From assembly GCA_001643675.2 (NCBI GenBank), contig LSRY02000003.1, positions 2,046,001-2,110,000 on the forward strand: DNA of 64,000 nt. The letters run 5' to 3'. This document shows positions 1-10,151 of this stretch, in pieces (the first letter of the stretch is position 1; every line of letters begins with the position of its first letter). Below the pieces are notes generated by a model. That model worked only from the letters and a program-made list of their open reading frames with translations, searched no databases and was not told the origin of the DNA. The stretch comes from Monocercomonoides exilis PA203. Its lineage: Eukaryota; Protista; Preaxostyla. Both the position numbers and the translations under genes were made by a program.

Positions 1-2195
1 AGGCGTGTGGTGGTGAAGCTGGACGACGAAGTGATGGGGCGAGGGATTGCAGTGTGTGAAGTTGGGGGGATTGTAGAGAAAGGGTTGTCGGCAGCGGGGC
101 TGAGGATGGAGGATGTGGTTCTGTCACCAGCAGCGATTGCGCTGGCGGTGCTGGAGGAGCGGGAAGAAGCAGAGGAAGGAGAAAAGGGAGGCAAAGAGGG
201 AGAAGAAAAGGGAGAAGAAAAGGGAGAAGATGGAAGGAGAGAGGGAGATGATGGGAATGAGGAGAAAGGCGGGTATCCGACAGCGCACAGAGAGTTTGTG
301 GAGAAAATCAAAGAGAACCAGGGGAAGCTGGAAGAAGCGATGGCACCGCTGGTTGTGGAGGCGCTTGGGCTGAGTGGGCTGAGGTTTGTGAAGGCAGAGA
401 CTGAGGTGGGTGCAGACAAGCAGCATTCAGTTGAACCCGAAGTGCGCAGTTCTTCTCCATCTGATGGCATCCAACAGGAGAACAGGAGAGCAGCAGAAGA
501 AGCAGCAGACGGGTCTTTGGGTTTAGCTTCAGATGGAAGAGAAGAAAATGTGGGGAAAGATGAGGAACAGGTGGAAATGGCTGCGAATGATTTGGGGATG
601 AATGAGGAGTCAGGGAAAGAGGGTGGTTCCATTGATTTGGAGAAGGAAGAGGAGGAAGAAGAAGAAGAGGGGCAGATTCTGGATGTGGAATCGCTGCTGA
701 GTGTTCCTGCGCACCCGGAGTGTGTGACGCTGGTTGACGAGAGTGCGTATGGGAGCTGGCGGGACTATCTGGTGACGATGACGGTGACGGGGGCGCTGGT
801 GGAGCTGTGTGCGGAGCGGGAGCGGATTGTGGGGAAGCCTGTTGTGGAAGGGATGATACAGCCGGACGGGACGATGAGCATCACGTTTATTGGGGAGAGG
901 CTGTTTGGGAGGAGAGAGAAGAGAAGAGAAGGGGGTGTGGGTATAGGTGTGGGTATGGGGGTGGGTGGAGGTGGATGTTTGGCATCGGATGGAGTGTCGT
1001 TGCATTTGAGCTCGGACAGGCAGAGAGAGAGGATGGACGAGTTTGTTGCGATAGGGGCGGTTGTGCCGCAGGAAAGTGTGCCGTCGATCGCTCTGCGGGA
1101 TGCGACGTATGCGATTGGGCAAGTGTGCCACGGGAAAGGGATGATTGGGGTGTTTAGTGTTTCGTATTGTGTGTTTGTGGACGAGTGGGAGTCGCTGCGG
1201 ATGTGTGCGGTGGATCTTTCGGTGGGCCCGCTGGCAGCGTCGTCGGCGTTCCGGTGGATGTCGTATCTGCTGCAGGGGGGCATCGAGATTGCGTCTGAAA
1301 CTACCTCCTTCCGCGCCGCGGCGGCACTGCTGCTTTGCATGTGCGTGCTCCGTCCTCTGATTCTGCGCATTCTGCCTGTGCTCGGCCTCAGGGCTGTTCG
1401 AGCGGAGCACACAGGTCGACCTCGCCGCGCCAGGTGGCAGGTGTGCAGAGAGTGTCTCCTCAGGCGGTGTGTGGCTCAGCAAGCGCCTCTGCACAGGCGT
1501 GTGCCTGCCTCTCTCCAGCGGCGACACGCAGCTTTGTGATAGTGCAGCCGTTCTACCAGCCGGAGCTGTCGCGTGTGCCGCACGGGCAGTTCTTTTCGAA
1601 CTGCCGGGAGCACAACATCACGTTTGACTTTGAGGGGAAGTGCGGTGTTCTGTTCCAGCTGGCCGGGCATCTCATTGCGGGGGTTGTGGGGTTTGTTGCG
1701 TGCGAGCGGTCGGTGGAGCTTGCGGCGCGGACAGCAGCGCGAGCGCTGGAGACGGTGGCAGTGCAGATGCTGCACTGTGCGTTTGTTTCTGCGCTGAGCT
1801 GGGAAGAGAAGAAAAGGATGGAAAAGCGGGTGTATGGAGAGAACGGGGCTGTGGCAAGAGGGACGGCGCTGGGGAGGCTGGCTGGGCTTGGGGGTGGGCT
1901 TGTGAAAAGCGCGCGAGAGAAAGGAGACTTGGCAAAGGCTGGTCTTAACGACCGGTCGCGCATCGGCGCTGCAGTTCCTCTGAAAGTTCCGTTTGGCCAG
2001 CTTCAAGTTTGCTTTCTTTTCTTATTTTTCTTTCTTTCTTTGAAATTGTATTATTATTGTTGTTGTTGTTTATCTTTTTTATTTTTATCTTTTTTTCATT
2101 TCCAGAGAGCAATAAATGGAATTTGGCGTTTTCTCGAGATGAAAGATGAAGAGAGAATGAAACAGAGCAATGCCATGCGGAATCAGGAGAGATGA
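1..2195 (+). pseudogene. Duplicated 3' part of the IQCH-like gene, with a 1-nt frameshift at ~1297 (real lesion or consensus error); 5' end lies outside the window
   Basis: Mirror of 22389-24584. Here gcgtctgaaacta versus gcgtctggaaacta in the intact copy, which splits the frame into ORFs 7-1539 and 1335-2195. Confidence 0.75.
2007..2105 (+). other. 99-nt in-frame spliceosomal intron (mirror copy 22479-22577, - strand)
   Basis: GTTTGC...TTTCCAG, T-rich, inside GC-rich coding sequence. Removal deletes the implausible VCFLFLFFF...FHFQ peptide and joins ...GQLQ|RAINGIW. Confidence 0.85.
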
Positions 2196-4058
2196 AGGCA
2201 AGAAAGCGAACAATTCATACGAATCATTTGTTTTTTTTTTTTACAAAATGTTTCAAAGCCGAATGCGGGGAAATGCATTTCATTTCATGTAATAATTTTT
2301 GTGAAATTTCTTTCTATTCATTCATTTCCTTTTTTTTTCATGACATTTCATTTTCAAAATAAATAAATAAATAAAGCGGAAGCGTAACACCTTTGCACAA
2401 AAATATTCATATTTTTAGGTGTGTTTCTCATTATGATTTTTTACTAAAAAAAGTTAACGAACCATTGTTTGGATGCTTTGATGAATTAATATTGAAACGA
2501 AATTTTTTGCTTTATAAATTTTGTTCCACGCAAAATTTTCTTTTATTTTTCTTAATTTTTTTTTCTTTGTGTCTATTTTTCTTGCATGAGAATGTTAGAT
2601 TAACAATGATAAGGTTGTGGAAAAAGTTTGGAGCAAATCTTTGTTTTTTTCATAAATGCAAAAATAATGCCCCTATAAATGGGGCAAAATTCGAACATTT
2701 ATGAATAAAATAACTATTTGATCCAGATTTTTATGTTATCATTTCATTACAAGTCTTTCGCTCTCAGGCTTAAAAACACATAGAAAAATTATGAAATAGA
2801 AAAAATAATTAGAAATTATTGAGTGGAACGAAATTCATAAAGCAAAAAAAATTCATCTCAAATGTGTTTGGTTGTGAAACATAATTTCCTCGTTGCCAAA
2901 AGAGCAGAAGAGCTTAAAAAAATATAATTTTGAATCTTTTTGAGGCAAATGCGCGAACGAGTCAGAAAGACGTGAATAGATGGAGCATAAACAGTTGAAA
3001 TGAGCGGAATGCCGTTGAACATCAGAGCAAAAATGGAGCAGTGACATTGGAAGGCAGTGCGCTTAATGGGTACTTGTGGGACGATAGCTCGGAGAGTGTA
3101 ATTTGTGACTTCTTGAAGAAAGCAGTGCTTTGAGCAGCTTTTTAAAGGATTGTGGATGCAGATTAAAAAGCACATAGCAATGTTGATCTAAGGAACTGTG
3201 AAACTGTGGAGCTGTGAAGCAAGGAAAGAAAAAAGGAATATCGACAGAATCCGTCAAAGTGGGAACAAATTGGCGATGTGCTGCCACATCCTATGGTTCG
3301 GATGGAATTTTGCCATTTTTCCGGGCAGTATCAGGGTTGATGCGCCGTTCGTTAGTAAGCTCTTACAGCTGAATTTCTCGATTTTGTGCTCCGTTGAAGG
3401 AATCTTTCTGGAGACAGCTGCTTGAAATTTGGCATGTTGCATGAGGACAGACATTGGGGAGGAAGGCATAAGTGATGAAAATATAGTTGTAGAGCATGAA
3501 GGTTGATCTTTGCTGCATTGTTCTGGATTTTGACATCCAGCAGAAGTTCAGTTTGGAGTTTGGCAAGTCTGATAAGTGGCAAAGAAGAGCAGAAAAAGCA
3601 TTTTTGATTTATATCAGTTAGGCTGGTTGCGAGATGGGGCATTCAGTTGAAGTGTGAATTCGCATTTACAAATGATTTATTTGTTATATTTATTTATATT
3701 TATATTTTTAGTGGCTTGCTCCGCCATCTTCTTTTTCAAAGAAAGACATTCTTGAAGCAGGCCGTGATATTTTTTTGAAGTGCCGAATTCCATGAAGAAT
3801 GTGTTTCTTGAATGCAAGCGCAAATGGATAACCAATTCCTTGCTTCAGTTTTGAGGAATATGTACCACAAGAAGAAAAGATATAACGCATCGATAAATTA
3901 TTCAAGAAATTTCAGCAAAAGATGCATATATATGTTTTCATATTGAATTTGACAGTGAATGAGGTTGACAGATCTCAAATAAAGCATGCTGCAGAAATTT
4001 TGCATTTGAACAAAATTTAGAAGGCTTATATAAATAATCAATAATAAACGCTACAAAT

Positions 4059-5519
4059 TTATTCATATAATCTTTCAATGGAGAGGAAAATGAGAGGAGG
4101 AGGAGGAGGAGAGAAGGGGTGGAATATGATCAAGAGGCAAAAGAGGATAATTGTGAAGGTGAGTGCAGAGACTGTGAGGGAGCCCTGTGTTTGTTGGAAG
4201 AGAGCAGACGAGGCAGATGGATCAGGCGAAGAAGATGTTGATGATGATGAGGATGACGATGAAAATGATGATGCTGATTGTGATGACTGGGAATGTGAGT
4301 TTGATGGTTGAGGAATGCCACTGGAGGCGATGATGGTGGCAGTTGTGCCATTTCCAGTGATTTTTGTGTCAACCGCGCTGAAGGTGAGTGTTTGAGTTGG
4401 AACAAATGTTGAACTGAGGAGGGTGAGAGAGGCGTCTTGGAGGAGGGAAATGAAGCCGTTGAGGGCATACTCGATGGTGGCGCATGGGGTCTGTTGGGGC
4501 CTGCCACAGACATCGACATCAGTTCCGCTGTTAGAAACGATTTTGTTCTGGGCAATGAGGGGGAGCCAGCTATTATATTCAGCATTGTCAGCTGTATTGT
4601 TATTCCAGACTCTTTTTGTTAAAGTTGTTGATCCACAATTCTCAAATGGGGATTGGGTGATGCTGCTTCCATTGAAAAACACATCATTTCCTCTTCCATT
4701 TGTAGCCGTATTGCCATCGAAGAAACAAAATGTGATGAATTTTACTCCATTCATCCATGAATATGGTGGAAGGAAGCAAATTGCAGCACCACCATAATTG
4801 GCAGAGGCAGTCAATTTGTTGTTTATAAACTGGCAATCATTGATCAAAAACTGACTTGGTTTGTTATTTGGAGGATTATAAAATGTTAGAGAACCAGCAG
4901 AATCACCACCAGAATTTGAGATGCACTTGCATTTGGTGAAAAAGAATTGACCATTTGACGGAAAACCGCCAACATTAAAATACCAACCAGTTCCACACCA
5001 ATTTGTTATTGAACAACTTTCCACTCTGTTATCTGAGAATGAATAAACAGAATTTGATTGTGGATTGTAAACGAACACTGCTCCTCCATGCTTCGCTTGA
5101 CAACTTGTGAAATTGGATTTTGAAATATCAATTTTTAACAAAACATTGCAATACAACGCTCCTCCATGATCACTGGTTGAGCAATTGAAAAATGAGCAGG
5201 AAGTGATTGAGAGATTAGCATTTGTGCATTCTACATAAAGTGCTCCACCACGACTTGACCCACTGTTTGAATCATTCCATTCGCACCATTCGAATCTGTG
5301 GTTGTTCTCATCAAATGAAGTCAGTCTTCCAGGTTTCACTCTTTGAGATTCAGTTCCAACATGCACAACAGCAGCATTTGGTGAAGAGTGTGTTTGGTGG
5401 AGGAAAGATGTGTTGAAGGCAGAGAGAGAAGTGACAGGGCTGTTGAGGTTGGGGAGAATGGCACCATCGATGGGATTGTGAGTTGTGTGAATGAGAAAAT
5501 CAATATGAAAAGGGGAAAG
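4059..5519 (-). pseudogene. Beta-helix (GGA-repeat, Pmp/pectin-lyase-like) family copy A; 5'-truncated cassette with no in-frame ATG before the domain
   Basis: Repeats GGALYVEC/GGALYC/GGAVF/GGAAI, FxNC, FDGNTATNGRGNDVFF, then a CGRPQQTPCATIEYAL module. The frame opens only ~10 codons before THNPIDGAILPNLN, after an in-frame TAG. Confidence 0.7.
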
Positions 5520-6727
5520 CTATTCTGAAACAACAGCAATGATAATGACATTGCTGATGCTCAATCATGATGGAAAAAACAATTTTTGTTTTGAATTAAT
5601 TTTTTCGTTTTTCGAGTTTTCTTTTTCGAGAGCCGTTTCTGAATGAATGAGCAATGCAATGGGAGAAAAAGAAAAGGATGCTTATATGATGTTCTGTTTT
5701 GCTCGAAGTTCTTTTGCATTTGTTTGTGTTTGGAACGACGAAATTATTCATGGCCTGGAATGTGTCGTTTTTTGTTTTCTATCACTCAGAAAGTTATTTC
5801 GTCATTTGCGTTTATCACAATGAAACAAATTGAAGATTGGTGAAGCATGCATTCTATTCTCAAATTTCTTTTTGATCTTTCTTTGGTTCACCGTTGTTTT
5901 GTGCTCATTTTTTCTTTTTTAAAAAAGCATATTCTTGTTGAAGATGAGCCGACTTCGCTTGAATGAAACCTGTTCATTTGAATAAAAAGCACCTGTTCGC
6001 ATTTCATCAAGTGTTGACTGTACATCATTTTCTTATATATTTATAATATTAATTTTTTTTTCAAAGAAAGTTTCACATTTGTTTCTCCAGTGAACTGCAG
6101 ATCATCAAAAGATAAAATTTTATAAACTATTTTTGAAGAAAGTCATTTCATAATCAAAAAGTTTCACAGTTCTTTTCACTTGATTTTTTCCCCCTGATTT
6201 TTATCGCATGACAAAGATGTGAACAATAATTATTTTCAATCACTTTGGTTGAATTGCTGATATACCAGGGGGAAAAAATAATAACTGTGATTTCATCCTT
6301 AATAAAATGACAAATACTCGAAAATCAAATGATAAGCCGAATGGAACAGGGCTGGAAAGCAAGAAGATAAGGTATCTTCAAGTTTCAAAGCAATGCTCAA
6401 CAGCAACATTTATGGGGGGAAAAAAAAGAATGTTATTCCATTCAACTGTTCATTGCCAATTCAGTTTCATAAATAAAGATGAACGAAACTCTTGATTTAT
6501 TCTTTCAAAAACCATTAAAACATGCAAGTATATTTTTGTATTGACAATTTGCTTCCTTCACTTTTTCTGTCCTCTTCTAAGATCCATTTAATAGGCTGGC
6601 TTCGGTGCAGACAAGAGTTGCATTCAACTCAATGCTTTGAAATTTGACATATGTGCGCGTACTTCCAAACTTTTTATCTTTTATATTTCAAAAAAAAAAT
6701 GCAATAACAGAATGGCCATGTGCATAA

Positions 6728-8614
6728 ATGATCAATATTTACTTACCCAAAGAAATGAAAACATCCAAACATGCATCTGGCAATCCCATCTGTTGTGCTC
6801 AAACAAGCTTCGCCCTCATCAACACCTCCTTGTGTGTGACCCGTCTCAACATCATCCCTCTCAGCGGTTGTCCACTCCTCACTGCCCAACACCACTCCGC
6901 TGCCTCCATCTCCTCCTCCACTTGCACCATCCACCCACCTTCCCTCACCAACAACAACCACCACCACCACTGCCCCCTCTTCCTCTCTGCCCATGCCTCC
7001 GTCATCCTCACAAACTTCTCCCTCACCATCCATCAACCAGCCTTCCTCTCCTTCCCTCTCTTCTCCACCCCAAACAATCTCCTCCATAATGCCCACTCCC
7101 CAATCCCTGCCTCCTTCTCCATCTCCCGCTCCTCCTTCTCCTCCTTCATCTCCCTCATCCAGCCTTTCCTTTTTTCTCCTTCTTCCCTCTCTTCCCCATC
7201 CCCTTCTCCATCTCCTTCCCTTTCCCCTTCTCCTTCATCTTCCTCATCCTCATCCTCATCCTTATCCTCTTCTTTTTCTTCTCCTTCCCCATCCCTTTCT
7301 CCTTCCCTTTCCTCTTCCTCTTCCCCTCTCCATAACCATTACCAATCCCATCCCCACCTCCAAATCCACCTCCATCTCCATCTCTCAAACACCCTCTTCT
7401 CCAACATCTCCTCTCCCCAATCCCCTCTATCACTTCCATCTCTTCCTTCACACTCACTCAATCCTTTCATCTCAACCACCTCAACCACTTCCACTTCTAC
7501 CAATACCAACATCAATTCAATTCCCTCATTCTCCCTTCACTCATCCCTCTCCATCTACTCAACCATCTTTATTCACACTCACAATCCCATCGATGGTGCC
7601 ATTCTCCCCAACCTCAACAGCCCTGCCACTTCTCTCTCTGCCTTCAACACATCTTTCCTCCACCAAACACGTTCTTCATCAAATGGCCCTATTGTGCATG
7701 TTGGAAATGAAACCAACAGAAAGAGACCAGGAAGACTGACTTCATTTGATGCAAACAGCCATAAATTTGAATGGTGCGAATGGAACGATTCAAATGGAGG
7801 AAATGATTGGGGTGGAGCACTAAAAGTCAACTGCACTAATGCCAATCTCGCTATCACTTCTTGCTCATTTCACAATTGTTCATGTTCAGGTAATACTGCA
7901 GGTGGAGCGTTATGTTGTGATCGTTTGTTGAAAATCTCTCTCACAAAATCCAATTTCACAAGTTGTTCGGCCACTCATGGAGGAGCTGTTGTAATATATA
8001 CCCCACAATCAAATTCTGTTTATTCATTCTCAGATAACAGAGTGGAAAATTGCTCAATCACAAATTGGTGTGGAACTGGTTGGTATTTTAATGTTGGCGG
8101 TTTTCCGTCAAATGGTCAATTCTTTTTCACAAAATGCAAGTGCATCTCAAATTCTGGTGGTGATTCAACAGGTTCACTCACATTTTATTATCCTCCAACC
8201 AATAAACCAAATCAATTTTTGGTTAAAGATTGCCAGTTCATAAACAACAAAGTCGAAAATCCATCCTCCTACGGTGGTGCTGCGTTGTGCTGCACAAGAA
8301 CGTCAAATTGGATGAGCGGAAATAAATTCATCTCGTTTTGTTTCTTCGATGGCAACTCCGCCACAAATGGCAGAGGAAACGATGTGTTTTTCAATGGCAG
8401 TTCTATAGCCCAATCTCCATTCCAGCAATGCGGATCAACAACTCCAACACAAAGAGTGTGGAATGCAGGAACAGTTGAAAACACAGAGTATGTTGGCAGG
8501 TTTTGGCTTTTCCTTCAAAATTCTCCAATGAAATGTCTTTCTAACTTCCGTCTCTTATTTTTGCTTTCTCTATTTTCTCCTCTCCTTGCATTCTTTCTTT
8601 TCTCTCAAATTTGA
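6728..8614 (+). CDS. Beta-helix family copy B: Ser/Pro/His-rich leader, beta-helix domain and hydrophobic C-tail; lacks the signal peptide seen in copy D
   Basis: 628-aa ORF. Homology to copy D begins abruptly at HASGNPIC (~6768). Contains GGA/FxxC repeats. Confidence 0.7.
   Translation: MINIYLPKEMKTSKHASGNPICCAQTSFALINTSLCVTRLNIIPLSGCPLLTAQHHSAASISSSTCTIHPPSLTNNNHHHHCPLFLSAHASVILTNFSLTIHQPAFLSFPLFSTPNNLLHNAHSPIPASFSISRSSFSSFISLIQPFLFSPSSLSSPSPSPSPSLSPSPSSSSSSSSSLSSSFSSPSPSLSPSLSSSSSPLHNHYQSHPHLQIHLHLHLSNTLFSNISSPQSPLSLPSLPSHSLNPFISTTSTTSTSTNTNINSIPSFSLHSSLSIYSTIFIHTHNPIDGAILPNLNSPATSLSAFNTSFLHQTRSSSNGPIVHVGNETNRKRPGRLTSFDANSHKFEWCEWNDSNGGNDWGGALKVNCTNANLAITSCSFHNCSCSGNTAGGALCCDRLLKISLTKSNFTSCSATHGGAVVIYTPQSNSVYSFSDNRVENCSITNWCGTGWYFNVGGFPSNGQFFFTKCKCISNSGGDSTGSLTFYYPPTNKPNQFLVKDCQFINNKVENPSSYGGAALCCTRTSNWMSGNKFISFCFFDGNSATNGRGNDVFFNGSSIAQSPFQQCGSTTPTQRVWNAGTVENTEYVGRFWLFLQNSPMKCLSNFRLLFLLSLFSPLLAFFLFSQI
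7163..7591 (+). repeat. 429-nt G-free (C/T/A only) tract in the leader of copy B
   Basis: No G between 7162 and 7592. The tract ends inside the palindrome CCATCGATGG. Mirror 16991-17419 is C-free. Confidence 0.95.
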
Positions 8615-8939
8615 TAGTTATTTTTTTCTGAATCTTGTCATTCACCCTTGTTTGTTATATCGCTTCTCAAAATTACCCTCCGTTTATCCAAATACTTTTC
8701 TTCCCAAATTCAACATTCAACTCGAATCTCCTCTTCGAAACATCTTCTCTCTTTAATCCAAAAATCTCTTCAACCCTCTCAATCTCTTTTCCATTTATCA
8801 AATATCCAAAAACAGGATCTTATTTTTTCTTTCTCTTTCTCCTCTTCTTTCATTTTCTGTCATACTTTTTCCTCTCTTTCTTATTTCAGAATATTTCCTT
8901 CAGCGGCAAAAGTTCATCTTTTTCTTCATTTCATCATGA

Positions 8940-9195
8940 TCTCTGATGCAGATATCAAATGTGAAGAAATTTATCTGATGAAGTGGATGATGAAGAAGTT
9001 GGATGATATGTTTTTGACAAGTTGAAGAAGAAGAAGATGATGATGATAAATGAATAGAATGAGTTGATTGAAGATTGAGAATTGTGAAGATAAATGAAGA
9101 CAAGCAAAAATGAAGATGTTCGCAAAAATAGTTAATTTCTGGTTTTTCATCTTTTCTTCTGCTTTCTTTTGACAAATAAGATCCTCCAATTCCTC
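8940..9195 (+). repeat. Conserved non-coding spacer element (GAA/GAT-rich then pyrimidine-rich); related copies at ~10216-10470, ~51815-52050, ~53390-53640 (+) and ~57580-57790 (-)
   Basis: Shared words tctctgatg(c/a)agat, gaagatgatgataatgaata, gttgattgaag and cttttgacaaataagatcctccaattc. Confidence 0.8.
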
Positions 9196-10151
9196 CCTCT
9201 CCATCCACTTAATCCCTCTTCCTCCACACCCACAACCCCATCGATGGCACCATTCTCCCCAACCTCAACAGCCCATCCACTTCCATCTCTGCCTTCAACA
9301 TTTCTTTTCTTCACCAAATACTCTCTTCACCAAATGATCTTGTAAGATATAACGGATCCGAAACTCAAAAATTGAAATTAGAAAGAATGTCCTCATTCAA
9401 CATGAATAGCTATCTCTTTGAATGGTGTGAATGGAATGATTCAAATGGTGGGTCAAGCGATGGAGGTGCACTTAAGGTTTATTGTGTCAATGCCAATCTC
9501 ACAATCACTTCTTGCTCGTTCAACAATTGTTCAACCACAGGAAATACTGTAGGTGGAGCATTATACAGTTACTGTTTGCAAAATGAGAATATTGCAAAAT
9601 CCAATTTCACAAGTTGTTCAGCTGCTCATGGAGGAGCAATTTGTATTGATGGACAACAATCATCTTCCGTTTATTCATTTTCTGATAACATGGTGGGAAA
9701 TTGTTCAATAACAAACTGGTGTGGAACTGGTTGGTATTTCTATATTGGTGATTTTTCTTCAAACGGTCAATTCCTGTTCACCAAATGCAAGTGTATTGCA
9801 AATTCTGGTAAAGATTCAACCGGCTCACTCACATTTCGCTGGCCTCCACAAAATAAACCAAATCAATTTTTGGTTAATGATTGTCAGTTCATCAATAACA
9901 ATCTGACTGCTTCTTCTTCTTATGGAGGCGCTGCTATTTATTATCATTCAACTTATTCCTGGATGAATGGAGTAAAATTCATCACATTCTGTTTTTTCGA
10001 TGGCAACACTGCAACAAATGGCAGGGGGAATGATGTGTTCTTCAGTGGTAATGCCATCACTCAATCTCCGTTTGAGAATTGTGGTTCAACAACCTCAACA
10101 CAAAGAATGTAGATTAATAAAACTGCAGATTATGAGACTTTCAACAGCTGA
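9181..10151 (+). pseudogene. Beta-helix family copy C; 5'-truncated with nonsense mutations
   Basis: Starts at the THNPIDG box. A 1-nt insertion gives an in-frame TAA at 9210. Conserved Trp codons are converted to TAG (10110) and TGA (10149). Confidence 0.85.

Noticed and set aside
2668-2686. Hairpin TGCCCC-TATAAAT-GGGGCA
   Set aside because: The stem is only 6 bp, with no associated gene start and no independent copy, so it is plausibly chance.
6993-7739. Long Pro/Ser/Leu-rich overlapping ORFs in the leaders of B, D and G
   Set aside because: A G-free sequence cannot contain TAG or TGA, so alternative frames stay open trivially.
10110-10151. Stop-codon reassignment (TAR=Gln or TGA=Trp) rescuing copy C
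   Set aside because: The long conserved genes have no in-frame stops and end in TGA/TAA. The stops in C replace Trp codons by single G-to-A changes, so they are nonsense mutations.
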